Assembly (NCBI GenBank): GCA_050287845.1
Contig: JBNKCR010000071.1
Coordinates: 1-64,000 of the forward strand
Reading direction: 5' to 3'
Origin: Polyangia bacterium
GTDB taxonomy: Bacteria > Myxococcota_A > Polyangia > JAAYKL01
Length of the DNA: 64,000 nt
Part shown: one piece after another, positions 1 through 10,543 of the stretch
How the letters are laid out: each line of letters starts with the position of its first letter
Position numbering within the stretch: the first letter of the stretch is position 1
Notes under the pieces: generated by a model
Database searches by the model: none
Seen by the model: the letters and a program-made list of their open reading frames with translations, nothing else
Told to the model about the DNA's origin: nothing
Program-made: the position numbers and the translations under genes

Positions 1-119
1 TGACTTTGCGCATTTCCATTGCGCTCATTGTAATGCTTGCCATGGCGCTCGGCAGAATCCAGATTGGACAGATGGACAAAATGCGCTCCCTGCTCCAGCC
101 TATTGAACCGGCCGCCTGA
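1..119 (+). CDS. C-terminal fragment of a probable IS (DDE) transposase, truncated by the window start
   Basis: Frame 3 reads TLRISIALIVMLAMALGRIQIGQMDKMRSLLQPIEPAA, with TGA at 117-119. This resembles the 'ALxVMLAMALGRI...MRSL' C-terminus I recall from a widespread DDE transposase group. Not in the ORF track (no start in the window). Confidence 0.55.
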   Translation, partial: TLRISIALIVMLAMALGRIQIGQMDKMRSLLQPIEPAA

Positions 120-379
120 ACGGCGGCAACCAACTACAATGTCGTTGCCGGCTGTTTCACAGTCTTTGCTCTCCTGTACTTCCGCCGCGCGGTTCGAGAC
201 ACTCGCTATGCTCGTTCCTCACCACAGCGGCTCTGTTTCCCTAAATTACTGGCCCAACTTAATTCTATATCCGAATTGTTGCATCGTCTCGTTTTCGAAA
301 TTGGTACACCTCGAATAGCTCGAATTCGGTGCGGGGCAGACAGACTTTCCCTGCCCGGAAAACGGACCATGCCGGGGGG

Positions 380-2281
380 TCACACCATCAGTTTGGCAAC
401 CAGTCGGGCAAAACCGGCCGGGTCGGGGAGGGGGCTGCTTTCGGCGAGAAGGGCCTGTCCCAGTAGCAGTTGAGCGGCGTCGCTGAGTTCTTCTTCGCTC
501 ATGCCTGCATCAAATCTTGTTTTCAGTCGTGCAACGACTTCGTGTTCCGCGTTCAGTTCCATCACCCGTTTCTGACTGGGGATGGCCAACTTGCTCTGCC
601 GCATCATTCTTTCGATGTGGGGACTCAAATCTCCCTCTTCGCCTACCAGACAGCAGGGGGAGGAGGTCAGGCGGCTGGAAAGCTCCACGGATTTCACGTG
701 TTCCTCAATGGGTTTGGCCAGAGCCTCCAGGAACTTGCCGTAATCTTTCTTTTTCTCATCAAGGGCCTTCTTTTCTTCTTCGCTCCCCAGTTCCACGTCT
801 CCTTTGCCGATGGATTTCAATTTTTTGCCATCGAATTCAGTGAGCCCGCTGACCATGAAGTCGTCGATGGGATCGGTGAAGAACAGCACTTCGTAGCCCT
901 TCTGGGTGAAGGCTTCCAGGTGTGGGGAGTTTTCAACGATTTCCCGGGACTCTCCGGAGAGGTAGTAAATATCTTCCTGTCCCTCTTTCATCCGTGATTT
1001 GTATTCTTCCAGCGACGTGAGTTTTTCTTTGTCATTGGTGGACTGGAACAATAACAGGGGTTGAAGTTTTTCCCGGTTTTCGAAATCCGAATGCACGCCT
1101 TCCTTGATGACCGGTCCGAATTGCTCCCAGAATTTCAGATATTTATCGAGGTCTTTGTCTTTCAGTTTTTTGAGTTCGGAAATAACCTTTTTGGTGAGGG
1201 TGCTTCGGATGGTGGTTATCTGACGATTGTTCTGCAGGGTTTCCCTGGAAATGTTCAGCGGCAGGTCCTGGGCGTCCAGCACGCCTTTGACAAAACGCAT
1301 ATATTCCGGCAACACATCTTCGCAGCGATCCATGATTTTCACGTTGCGGGCGTACAGCTGAAGTCCTCTTTTATAGGACTGAGAAAACAAATCGAACGGC
1401 GCGTTGCCGGGGATGAACATGAGCGTCTGGTATTCGTAGCGTCCCTCCGCCTTCATGGCGATATGCATCAGCGGGTCAGACCAGTCGCTGGCAATGTGCT
1501 TGTAGAATTCCTTCAGCTCATCGTCGTTCATTTCGTTTTCCGGCTTCTGCCAGATGGCCTTCATGGAATTCAGCGTTTCGTCTTTCACGACGGCTTTCTT
1601 GTCGTCCCCTTCGCCTTCCTCCCGTTCCACAGGGAGGATGACCGGGTACCGGACGAAATCGGAATATTTTTTCACAATGCGTCTGATGATCCATTCGCTG
1701 GTGAAATCTTCCAGACCGTCTTCGGGGTCGGCGTTCTTGAGGTTCAATACAATCGTGGTCCCCTGGGAATCCCGGCTGCCCTCGCGGACATCGTAAGATT
1801 CACCGCCGGCATATTCCCATACAGTTGCGGTTTCTTCTCCGGCTTTTTGGGTAGTGAGGGTCACTGAATCGGCAACCATCAGACAGGAATAGAATCCCAC
1901 GCCGAAACGGCCAATGAGCTCCGCCGGTAATTTTTCACTTTTCTGTTTTTCGAGAGTTTTTATCAGCTCATGGGTCCCGGAGCGGGCAATGGTACCGATG
2001 TTGGAAATCACCTCATCGTACGACATGCCGATGCCGTTGTCAGAAATGGTGAGCGTGCGATTCTTGCTGTCTGTCAGCAGTCGAATTTCGCCGTTGAAGC
2101 CTTCCGGCACCAGACCCGTATCCGTCAAGGCTGCGAATCGCAACTTATCCAGGGCATCTGATGCGTTGGAGATCAATTCCCGCAAAAACACTTCTTTCTC
2201 AGTGTACAAAGAATTGATCATGATTTCGAGTAGTTGCTTGGTTTCGGCTTCAAATTTCATGCTCTTTTTCTGGACTGTCAT
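380..2281 (-). CDS. htpG: Molecular chaperone HtpG (Hsp90)
   Basis: FLRELISNASDA, ISDNGIGM, IGRFGVGFYS and LPLNISRE motifs; 633 aa. Confidence 0.98.
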   Translation of the reverse strand: MTVQKKSMKFEAETKQLLEIMINSLYTEKEVFLRELISNASDALDKLRFAALTDTGLVPEGFNGEIRLLTDSKNRTLTISDNGIGMSYDEVISNIGTIARSGTHELIKTLEKQKSEKLPAELIGRFGVGFYSCLMVADSVTLTTQKAGEETATVWEYAGGESYDVREGSRDSQGTTIVLNLKNADPEDGLEDFTSEWIIRRIVKKYSDFVRYPVILPVEREEGEGDDKKAVVKDETLNSMKAIWQKPENEMNDDELKEFYKHIASDWSDPLMHIAMKAEGRYEYQTLMFIPGNAPFDLFSQSYKRGLQLYARNVKIMDRCEDVLPEYMRFVKGVLDAQDLPLNISRETLQNNRQITTIRSTLTKKVISELKKLKDKDLDKYLKFWEQFGPVIKEGVHSDFENREKLQPLLLFQSTNDKEKLTSLEEYKSRMKEGQEDIYYLSGESREIVENSPHLEAFTQKGYEVLFFTDPIDDFMVSGLTEFDGKKLKSIGKGDVELGSEEEKKALDEKKKDYGKFLEALAKPIEEHVKSVELSSRLTSSPCCLVGEEGDLSPHIERMMRQSKLAIPSQKRVMELNAEHEVVARLKTRFDAGMSEEELSDAAQLLLGQALLAESSPLPDPAGFARLVAKLMV

Positions 2282-2587
2282 AAATCAAACTCTCCAATTT
2301 TTGCGGTGTATCCCAGCGTCGGCCACCGATTTGTCTAGGGGTTAAAAGTAGCCAGTAAGTAATCTCCGTTTCTTCAAAGTCAAGGGATTGTATGAATTTT
2401 TGGCTTTTGTATCGTTCTCGGAAGGTGTTTCCACGGATGTCAGCAAAACCTGGCCTGAACTTTGTGTTTTGACCAGTTGGGGTTTTACAATTTTTTGTGA
2501 ATTGGGTACATTCCAGAGGTATGTGGGAGGCACCCCGATAGCCAGTGGTTTGGACAGGGTAGTGCGTACATAACGAAAGAATCTGAG

Positions 2588-4858
2588 ATGAGAACACTGA
2601 AAATCGGGGTACTGCTCGACTGTCTGCACGAATCGTGGCAATCGGCCATATGGCGTGGACTGGAGGAGCGCGCGGCGGAACTGTCCGTTCACCTCGTGTC
2701 ATATGTGGCCACATCCCAGGATCGAACCAGCCATTTTCATGTGCATTATAATATCGTGAGCGATTTTATCGTGGACTCCGGCATCGACGGGCTTGTGGTA
2801 TTCTCCGGTCCTATCAGTGAACATCGGGGAAGGGACTTCACCACCGGGTACCTGTCCCGATTTTCCCATATTCCCACGGTCTGTGTTTCGGCTCCCATAG
2901 GAGACCTGCCCACGGTAACCGCCGACAATCAGGACGGTATTGTTCGCCTTATCAGTCATTTTGTTTCCGTTCATAAACTGGAACACATTGCTTTTATTGC
3001 CGGCCCGGAAGGACACACCGAAGCGGAGGAGCGACTGAGGGCATACCGGCGAGGGTTGGCCGAAAACCATCTTCCGTTCCGGCCGGAGCTGGTACTTCGC
3101 GGAGATTTTTCAAAACAGTGCGGCAATCGTGCGGTCGTCGCATTGATGGAGAGCGGAGCGCCATTTGAAGCCATTATGGCGGTGAACGATAAATCGGCGC
3201 TCGGCGTGATTGAAGAGTTGAAAAAATATCGGCGTCACATTCCCACCGAAGTGGCGGTGACCGGTTTTGATGATATTGATGAAGCGGCGCTCTCCTTGCC
3301 GGCATTGACCACCGTCCGGCAACCCCTCAAAGAGATGGGACGCACGGCGATGGACAATCTGTTGCTGCAGATTAAAAACGAGCCCTTCGAAAAGCATGTT
3401 CGTCTGGCCGCCCAACCGGTGTTCAGAAGATCGTGCGGCTGCTTTGCCGAAGTGATTCGTCAGTCGACCGCCAATCGCCCGAAAACGATGCATTTCAGCG
3501 TTGAAGAAATCATCAGCGCCCTGACCGTCACTGCCAGAGAGTATCTGGATTTCGATTCGGCGGAGTGCCCGGATGAAGCACGGTTGCACGCGTATTTTGC
3601 TGATTTACTCGACAGTCTGATCTGGGATGTGAACAAGGCATCGATACGCGAGATTTTCCTGAACGAAGTGGATATGCTGCTGTTCAAGTTTGAAGAATGT
3701 GCCAATAATGTATCGCTCATCAATGCTATTATTACGGATCTGAACGGCTTTCTTCCGTCCATTTTCAAGTCGGGAGAGCAGTTGTCCATGGCCACCGCCA
3801 TTCTGCAGCAGGGGCACACCCTGATTCGTGAGCATCGGCTGAATTCCGCGCAGACATCATTCCTGCAGGATACGCTGTTTCAGCTGATGATTCGGGAGAC
3901 GTCCCAGAGCATCATTACCACTTTTGAACAGCGCAAGCTGCTCCAGGCCATTTCATCCAGTTTTCCTCAGCTGAATATCAACAGTCTGGTGTTTGCGGTG
4001 TACGAACGCCGGGCGGATGATCGTCCCCTCACTGCGCAGAACTGGGCGTTGCCCAGGTACAGTCGGCTGCTGTTGGGCTATGACCGGAAACGGGACGTAC
4101 TCAGCTATCCCCGGGGAAATAAGCTGTTCAATTCAAGGGAATTATTTCCTGAAGACATGTACGAAGCCAACAATGTGGGATCCTTTGTTTTCATGCCGCT
4201 GTTTTTTGAGGACGAACATCTGGGCTTCGCATTGTTTGAATACACACCGGGGATTCCGCTTTTCATGTTTGAAGAGTTGCGTCTGCATATGAGCAGCGCG
4301 CTCAAAAGTTCGTTTCTGATGAAGGAACTGCGAATTCAGTCCATGCTCGATGAGTTGACCGGGCTGCACAATCGCCGGGGGTTCATGGTGGAAGGCACCC
4401 GGATGTTCCGGCAGCGCAAGGCAAGTGAGCAGCGTATCATGATATTTTACGCTGACATGGATGACCTCAAAGTGATCAACGACAATTATGGTCACGAGGA
4501 GGGGGATGTGGCCATCTCCGGCGCGGCCTCGGTGCTGCGGCAGTCATTCCGGGAAGGGGATCTGGTGGCCCGGATTGGCGGTGATGAATTTATCGCCATG
4601 CTCATCTGGGATACCAGCGTGAAGAATTTGAAAGAACGCATCATGGAGCGGATGGCGTTCAGCCTCAATACGTACAATCAGATTATGGAAAAGCCCTACG
4701 ACCTTTCCATTTCCATGGGCGTCACCGCCACAAAACCCGGTGAAACCGGTACCCTGGAAGACCTGATGCGAGAAGCCGATGAGCGTCTCATGGAAAAGAA
4801 GCGGGAAAAAAACCTGAAACGAATCACCACTGCCCCGCCCACATCATTCACTGATTAA
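2588..4858 (+). CDS. LacI/periplasmic-binding-type sensor domain fused to a GGDEF diguanylate cyclase
   Basis: N-terminal LacI-type ligand-binding motifs (IAFIAGP, AVTGFDD, LTTVRQP, RRSCGC) with no HTH. C-terminal DELTGLHNRRG, INDNYGH and REGD-x5-GGDEF (I-site intact). Confidence 0.92.
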   Translation: MRTLKIGVLLDCLHESWQSAIWRGLEERAAELSVHLVSYVATSQDRTSHFHVHYNIVSDFIVDSGIDGLVVFSGPISEHRGRDFTTGYLSRFSHIPTVCVSAPIGDLPTVTADNQDGIVRLISHFVSVHKLEHIAFIAGPEGHTEAEERLRAYRRGLAENHLPFRPELVLRGDFSKQCGNRAVVALMESGAPFEAIMAVNDKSALGVIEELKKYRRHIPTEVAVTGFDDIDEAALSLPALTTVRQPLKEMGRTAMDNLLLQIKNEPFEKHVRLAAQPVFRRSCGCFAEVIRQSTANRPKTMHFSVEEIISALTVTAREYLDFDSAECPDEARLHAYFADLLDSLIWDVNKASIREIFLNEVDMLLFKFEECANNVSLINAIITDLNGFLPSIFKSGEQLSMATAILQQGHTLIREHRLNSAQTSFLQDTLFQLMIRETSQSIITTFEQRKLLQAISSSFPQLNINSLVFAVYERRADDRPLTAQNWALPRYSRLLLGYDRKRDVLSYPRGNKLFNSRELFPEDMYEANNVGSFVFMPLFFEDEHLGFALFEYTPGIPLFMFEELRLHMSSALKSSFLMKELRIQSMLDELTGLHNRRGFMVEGTRMFRQRKASEQRIMIFYADMDDLKVINDNYGHEEGDVAISGAASVLRQSFREGDLVARIGGDEFIAMLIWDTSVKNLKERIMERMAFSLNTYNQIMEKPYDLSISMGVTATKPGETGTLEDLMREADERLMEKKREKNLKRITTAPPTSFTD

Positions 4859-4940
4859 TTCGATTCGCGAAAGATGGCGCCGTCATGCTTTTCCGGTGTG
4901 TGGCTGCATTTCATTGCGGAATATGTCTGTGGCTTCAGCT

Positions 4941-4959
4941 GCCATCTGAAACAGATGGC
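4941..4959. terminator. Hairpin between convergent genes, possible bidirectional terminator
   Basis: GCCATCTG-AAA-CAGATGGC perfect inverted repeat; no clear U-tract. Confidence 0.4.
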
Positions 4960-5034
4960 GGAACACTTGCTGCATCATCTGTTTTGATTCGGATGCGCTA
5001 TTCGGGGGCGGGGGAGAACTGAAGGACGCGCGGG

Positions 5035-7110
5035 CTAGTCGTCCTTGTCCATGCGTTTGCGGGCGGCTTCCAGAACTTTTTCCTTCAGGTTCTCAGGCAG
5101 CGGCTGGAAGCTCTGCATCTCCATACCGTAGTTGGCTCGTCCCGAAGAGAGGGAGCGAACCGTGGTGGAGTATCCGAAAAGCTCCATCAATGGGGCCTCG
5201 GCGAGAATCTTCTGCGATCCCTTGCGGTAGCGGCGCATGCTGTGCACCTTGCCGCGACGTCGGTTGAGGTCTCCCACCAGATCGCCGATGAAATCGTCCG
5301 GCGTGGCCAGGTCGACCTTCATGATCGGCTCAAGCAGTTGGGGAGATGCTTTTTTGAATGCCTCGCTGAAGCACTGGCGACCGCAGAGTTTAAATGCCAT
5401 TTCAGAACTGTCCACCGCGTGGAAACTGCCGTCGATAAGGGTTACTTTCACATCCACCACGTTGTAGTCGGCGAGAATACCGTGATTCATGGCTTCCTCA
5501 ATCCCCTTGCGCACAGCCGGAATGTATTCTTTGGGAATGGCGCCACCGACGATGGCGTTCACAAATTCGAATCCTTCGCCGGGATTGGGTTCCAGCGTCA
5601 TGATGGTATGGGCAAACTGTCCTTTACCACCGCTCTGTTTCACATGGCGGTAATCGTGCTGTACGGCCCTGGTGATGGTTTCCTTGTATTCCACTGAAGG
5701 CTCACCGATGATTGCCTCCACACCGAATTCGGTTTTCAGCCGGTCCACAATGATTTCCAGATGCAGCTCGCCCATGCCGGCAATCACCGTTTCATTGGTA
5801 CGCTCATCGGTACGTACGGTGAATGAAGGATCTTCCAGCGTCATCTTTTTCAGGGAGGCGTGCAGTTTCTCCAGCTCCTTGCGGGTGGCAGTGGCGGCGG
5901 ACACGCTGATGACCGGCTCCGGAATATTGAGAGACTCCAGGAGGATGGGCTGCTTTTCGTCGCACAGAGTGTGACCGGTAAAGGTGTTTTTCAGACCAAT
6001 CAGGGCAACGATGTCACCGGGGCCCACTTCCGAAATTTCAATGCGATCTTTCGCTTTGATTCGAAGCAGTCGGCTGACCCGCTCTGTTTTTCCGGTGGTT
6101 GCATTCAATATTCGATCCCCCGCTTTCAGGGTGCCGGAATAGGTGCGCACAAACGTCTGCTGCCCGACATAGGGGTCGTGAATGACTTTAAAAGCCAGCG
6201 CGCTGAACGGCTCGTCACTTTCGGGATGACGGCGGTGATCCTTTTCGGGATCGTTGATATCGCTGCCCACGATGGTGCCCTTGTTCAGGGGGCTGGGCAT
6301 ATAGGCAACCACCGCATCCATCAACGGCTGTACACCTACGTTTTTATAGGCGGAACCGCAAAAACACGGAGTAAACAGGTTTTTGAGAACACAATCCCGG
6401 GTGACCGAATGAATCAATTCCGAGGGAACTTCCTGCTCGTCGAGGAACAGTTCTGCCAGGTCGTCATTGAATTCGGACAGTTTCTCCAGCAGATTCTCGC
6501 GCCACATCTCCACTTCTTCCTGCATTGACGCGGGGATGTCGCGGTACTCCACCTCACCGTTGGGGAAATAGATGGCTTTCATTTCTACGAGATCCACCAG
6601 ACCTTCGAGGTTTTCCTCGGCGCCGATGGGCAGCTGATAGGGTACGGCGTTGGCTTCCAGCATATCGTCGAGCTGCTTGACCACATCGAGGAAGTCCGCC
6701 CCCTGACGGTCCATTTTATTGATAAAGGCAAATCTGGGAACCCGATACCGATCAGCCTGACCCCAGACGGTTTCACTCTGGGCTTCCACACCACCCACCG
6801 CACAGAATACGGCGACGATCCCGTCGAGAACGCGCATGGAACGTTCCACCTCAATGGTGAAGTCCACGTGCCCGGGAGTGTCGATGATGTTGATGCTGTG
6901 GTCCTGCCACGAGCAGGAAATGGCGGCAGACGCAATGGTAATGCCACGCTCCTGCTCCTGCTTCATGAAGTCCATGGTGGCAGCGCCGTCGTGAACCTCG
7001 CCAATTTTTCTGGTTGTGCCTGTATAAAAAAGAATCCGTTCTGTGACTGTCGTTTTTCCCGCGTCAATGTGTGCGGCGATTCCGATATTCCTGGTTTTAA
7101 TAATACCCAT
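5035..7110 (-). CDS. fusA: Elongation factor G (stand-alone paralog)
   Basis: [34 protein letters not shown] and VDSSEMAF motifs; no rpsL/rpsG/tuf neighbours. Confidence 0.95.
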   Translation of the reverse strand: MGIIKTRNIGIAAHIDAGKTTVTERILFYTGTTRKIGEVHDGAATMDFMKQEQERGITIASAAISCSWQDHSINIIDTPGHVDFTIEVERSMRVLDGIVAVFCAVGGVEAQSETVWGQADRYRVPRFAFINKMDRQGADFLDVVKQLDDMLEANAVPYQLPIGAEENLEGLVDLVEMKAIYFPNGEVEYRDIPASMQEEVEMWRENLLEKLSEFNDDLAELFLDEQEVPSELIHSVTRDCVLKNLFTPCFCGSAYKNVGVQPLMDAVVAYMPSPLNKGTIVGSDINDPEKDHRRHPESDEPFSALAFKVIHDPYVGQQTFVRTYSGTLKAGDRILNATTGKTERVSRLLRIKAKDRIEISEVGPGDIVALIGLKNTFTGHTLCDEKQPILLESLNIPEPVISVSAATATRKELEKLHASLKKMTLEDPSFTVRTDERTNETVIAGMGELHLEIIVDRLKTEFGVEAIIGEPSVEYKETITRAVQHDYRHVKQSGGKGQFAHTIMTLEPNPGEGFEFVNAIVGGAIPKEYIPAVRKGIEEAMNHGILADYNVVDVKVTLIDGSFHAVDSSEMAFKLCGRQCFSEAFKKASPQLLEPIMKVDLATPDDFIGDLVGDLNRRRGKVHSMRRYRKGSQKILAEAPLMELFGYSTTVRSLSSGRANYGMEMQSFQPLPENLKEKVLEAARKRMDKDD

Positions 7111-7339
7111 TTTCTTTGCTTTCCTTGTTTGGGCCCCCCAGCCAATAAAGGCGGGCTGTATAGCGGACTACCATTGCTTTGTCGACGAAAAAAGTAACTC
7201 CGCCCCGAAAATGTTGCCTGAACTGCCCAAATCGTTCAGAAACGAAGTATGGGTTCCAGGGATACCGGAAATTGCACGGGTTTTCTTTTCATTCAGGTTA
7301 CAATTACCTTTGAGAAGGTGTTTTTTCACCCGGTTACTA

Positions 7340-8455
7340 TTACGGTAATCGCGTAACGGATTGAAGTGTCTGAAGATATGATTTTCCGTTTTTCATCAGT
7401 TCAACAAAACTGGATTCATCGTTGGTTTCAATAATGTTGATAATTTCGTCTACGCTCTTTCGCAGCGCCTGCTGCGGACGCTGACGGAATTCATTGAGTC
7501 GCTGGATTTCAAAGTACAGATGGGGGTTTTCACTGGCGATTCTGTGGGCCACATGCAGTTGGGCGTCGAATGAGGTGCTCGACATGCTGCGCAATCGCTC
7601 AGCCTGCTCGCCACTGTTGCGCAGCGCGGTGAAGAAGGCAATGTTGAGCAGATGAGACAGACCGAGCACAAACGCGATGAGTTCATCGTGCTCATCGAGG
7701 GTCATGTCCACGCAGGTGGCCATGGTGCTTTCAAACAGCGCTTTGGCCCGGGCATGGGCCGTTTCGTTTCCCACATCCATAAAAATAACGTGTCGACCGC
7801 TGAGCATGGTGGTATCCGGGCCAAACATGGGGTGAACCGAGGTAACGGCACATCCGGCGTCCCTCAGGGCCAGAAGCCCGTCTCTGACCGGCCCTTTCAG
7901 CGACGCCACATCGAAAATCAGCCCTCGGGGCTTTCTGAGAGCCAAATCGCACAGTACCTGTCCGCTCATCCCCAGAGGAGTGGCCACGACAATAATGTCT
8001 TCGTTGAGGTCACCATCCTGCCAGTGGTGTCGATGGGAGGCGTTCACCTCACATGCACCGGGATCCGCAACACGTACGTCGAATCCCTGGGACAGCAGAA
8101 ACCGGGCGAACCATGCGCCAATTTTACCGCATCCGCCAATTACCAGCGCCGATTTGCCGGAACCGCCCCTGGCTTCTTCCACCCGATCCCGTTCCTGAAT
8201 CTCCAGGGCGTGCTTCACCAGCCGGTCCACCACTTCGGTGGCGAGGGATTCTGGAATTCCGAGACGGCTGGCCTGGTCCCGGGCATGGGCCATAACCTTC
8301 TTCTCCCGGGTAAAGCTTCGGACGGCCAGCCCGGACTGCCGTTTGGTTTTTCCGATTTCAGCAACCACTTCCAGCCGTTTGGCCACAAGCTCCAGAATCT
8401 GCCGGTCCACGTCGAGCAGGGTATCTCTTAACTGATTCAGTTTTTCTTCGGTCAT
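7340..8455 (-). CDS. tyrA: Bifunctional chorismate mutase / prephenate dehydrogenase
   Basis: N-terminal AroQ-like LRDTLLDVDRQILELVAKR, then Rossmann IGGCGKIG, DVASLK, HPMFGP and HDE..A.V.GLSH. Confidence 0.92.
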   Translation of the reverse strand: MTEEKLNQLRDTLLDVDRQILELVAKRLEVVAEIGKTKRQSGLAVRSFTREKKVMAHARDQASRLGIPESLATEVVDRLVKHALEIQERDRVEEARGGSGKSALVIGGCGKIGAWFARFLLSQGFDVRVADPGACEVNASHRHHWQDGDLNEDIIVVATPLGMSGQVLCDLALRKPRGLIFDVASLKGPVRDGLLALRDAGCAVTSVHPMFGPDTTMLSGRHVIFMDVGNETAHARAKALFESTMATCVDMTLDEHDELIAFVLGLSHLLNIAFFTALRNSGEQAERLRSMSSTSFDAQLHVAHRIASENPHLYFEIQRLNEFRQRPQQALRKSVDEIINIIETNDESSFVELMKNGKSYLQTLQSVTRLP

Positions 8456-8473
8456 GGGGGGGCAATCTCCAGT

Positions 8474-8884
8474 TCAGGATGACGGCGGGACGCACGCTTT
8501 AATGTTGGTCTGCGGTTCGACAAATTCTATGTTGGACGAACAGTTCGATTGAACATCGGGTTCCCGCCGCAGATTGCATTCGGCTTTGTCGAGGCAGATG
8601 CGAAAGCAGTAGTTGGTCCCATTGTCATGGGCTACGCAGGCGGAGCCATACGGGCAATCCCGGTTGGCGGTGCAGCTTTCCAGACCGCAGTACCCGCCGT
8701 CAAATTCCGGCAGGCAGACCAGCTGGGGAGCATCCCCGTCTTCGGGTTGCGGGCAGTCCGCGGAAGACACGCAGGAAGCGCCCACCCCCACCCGGTCCGC
8801 TTCGGTCCCCGGGCCATCATGGTCCGCGCAGGAAATCCCGCAAAGTAAACTCATTGTTCCAATCACCACAATCGTTCTACGCAT
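8474..8884 (-). CDS. Small Cys-rich secreted lipoprotein (myxobacterial type)
   Basis: Likely start ATG at 8884 (MRRTIVVIGTMSLLCGISC, lipobox-like); paired Cys motifs GGYC, CPYGSAC, NYCFRIC. Confidence 0.75.
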   Translation of the reverse strand: MRRTIVVIGTMSLLCGISCADHDGPGTEADRVGVGASCVSSADCPQPEDGDAPQLVCLPEFDGGYCGLESCTANRDCPYGSACVAHDNGTNYCFRICLDKAECNLRREPDVQSNCSSNIEFVEPQTNIKACVPPSS

Positions 8885-9143
8885 TTGTTCAACCTTCCCT
8901 GTTTTCCTGTTTTCGCCGTCCATTCGAATGCTATGTCGGGGAAATTCCGTGAAACACAGTGTTTTATGCCCCATGACACGGATATGTCAAAAAGTTGTTC
9001 TCATTATTCAGGAGAATGAATTGGCAATTCTGCAGTCACCAGGATACGTTTTCAGAGATGACGAACAGGGTGTGTTTTGCCAGACATCAAACATGGGGTT
9101 TGTGTGATACAGATGCAACAGCGTTCAGAAAGGCGAGCAGAAG

Positions 9144-9488
9144 ATGGCGTCGGATGAAGAATTTGTGAAATTTATCACTGAACAGATAGAGCGTGTGGGG
9201 AACGTTCGATATCGGAAGATGTTCGGAGAGTACGCGGTGTATTGCAACGAAAAGGTGGTGGCCCTCATCTGTGATAATCAGTTGTTTGTCAAACCCACTG
9301 AAGCCGGACGTGGATTTATCGGCGATGTGGTGGAAGCGCCACCGTACCCGAGTGCAAAGCCGTCGTTTCTGATTGAAGATCAGTTTGAAGACAAAGAATG
9401 GTTGAGCGAATTGATTCGCCTGACCGAAAAAGAGTTGCCGCTACCCAAAAAGAAAAAGAGCAAAAAAGCAACGAAAAGGCGCACTTGA
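9144..9488 (+). CDS. TfoX/Sxy N-terminal domain protein
   Basis: RKMFGEY, ALICDNQLFVK and APPYP motifs; Lys-rich tail. Confidence 0.88.
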   Translation: MASDEEFVKFITEQIERVGNVRYRKMFGEYAVYCNEKVVALICDNQLFVKPTEAGRGFIGDVVEAPPYPSAKPSFLIEDQFEDKEWLSELIRLTEKELPLPKKKKSKKATKRRT

Positions 9489-9621
9489 TTGGCTGTGGAG
9501 GAGATTTGACCGCAAGTGCGCCCTTGAATTTTATTTTTTACTTGTCCATCTGACTCAGACTGCGTTTTTATCTCCACGGTCGTTTGGGCATCCGCAGTAT
9601 TTCGGAAAAGGTGAAATCGCT

Positions 9622-10275
9622 ATGAAAGCAGTCATTTTCGATATGGATGGCGTCATTGTGGATAACAATGCGTATCACAAAAAAGCCTGGCAGGAATGCT
9701 GCGCGAACTTCAATGTCCCGTTTGATGATGGCGTCTGGAGTCAGATTTGCGGCCGAAACAACCGGGACACGTTGGATGTTCTGTTTCAGGGAACGCTGGA
9801 TGAAACACAGATGGCCGAGTATGCCGGGGGAAAAGAAACCACATACCGGAAGTTATACGAGAAACATATCCAGCCGGTATCCGGGCTGTTGCCATTCATT
9901 GAGCACATCAGAAAGTGTGGTTTGAGAATATCCCTCGCCTCCTCGGCGGGCAGGGAGAACATTGATTTCGTTCTTGATCATTTATCTCTCCGGGAATTTT
10001 TTGATGTGATTACGGCCCCGGAGACCATCCGGAACGGAAAACCCGACCCGGAAATTTACTTGAAGACCGCTGAACTCCTGAAACTGCGTCCGGATGAGTG
10101 TGTGGTGTTTGAAGATTCTCTGTCCGGCATTGAATCCGCTCACCGCGCCGGAATGAAAGTAATCGGCGTTACGACCACCCACTCCTCAGACGAAATGAAT
10201 CATACCGAATTTACCATTTCTGATTTCAACGAGTTGTTGAACAACCCAGAGTTTCATTCGCTTCTTTCGACATAA
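9622..10275 (+). CDS. HAD-IA family phosphatase (beta-phosphoglucomutase-like)
   Basis: FDMDGVIVD, GKPDPEIY, VFEDS and AGMKVIGV motifs. Confidence 0.92.
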   Translation: MKAVIFDMDGVIVDNNAYHKKAWQECCANFNVPFDDGVWSQICGRNNRDTLDVLFQGTLDETQMAEYAGGKETTYRKLYEKHIQPVSGLLPFIEHIRKCGLRISLASSAGRENIDFVLDHLSLREFFDVITAPETIRNGKPDPEIYLKTAELLKLRPDECVVFEDSLSGIESAHRAGMKVIGVTTTHSSDEMNHTEFTISDFNELLNNPEFHSLLST

Positions 10276-10318
10276 CAGCGCACCCCCCCGGGTTCCCTGC
10301 AGGATAAGCTTGTCCTCA

Positions 10319-10395
10319 GTGCTGCGTCCCCGATGATCGTGCTGCGTCCCCGATATTCGTGCTGCGTCCCCGATAATCCTGCGTCCCCGATAATC
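10319..10395. repeat. Tandem repeat: 3 x 20 bp plus a 17-bp partial unit (GTGCTGCGTCCCCGATnnTC)
   Basis: Units at 10319, 10339 and 10359, partial at 10379; differences are confined to the unit ends. Confidence 0.95.
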
Positions 10396-10529
10396 TGATT
10401 TGATTACAGAATTTTGTTTGAAATCGCGCCTCTCTGAACTATATTCAGGGAATCTGACTGGTTTTTATCACTTCAGACAACGCAATTGACGCGGCAGAAA
10501 ATGGTCTCAATCATCGAGTAGAAACATTT

Positions 10530-10543
10530 TGCAACCGGTTGCA
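10530..10543. promoter_or_regulatory. Perfect 14-bp palindrome TGCAACCGGTTGCA, LacI-family operator-like
   Basis: Perfect palindrome with a central CG, the typical LacI-family operator shape; lies in an AT-rich intergenic stretch. Confidence 0.5.

Noticed and set aside
470..1867. Antisense ORFs over htpG, and similar ones over fusA, trpB, dnaJ and pseI
   Set aside because: Typical stop-poor antisense frames of conserved genes.
2282..2587. CIRCE heat-shock operator upstream of htpG (also checked upstream of dnaJ)
   Set aside because: No TTAGCACTC-N9-GAGTGCTAA match seen.
10319..10395. Possible CRISPR array
   Set aside because: Units are directly adjacent with no unique spacers, and there are no cas genes.
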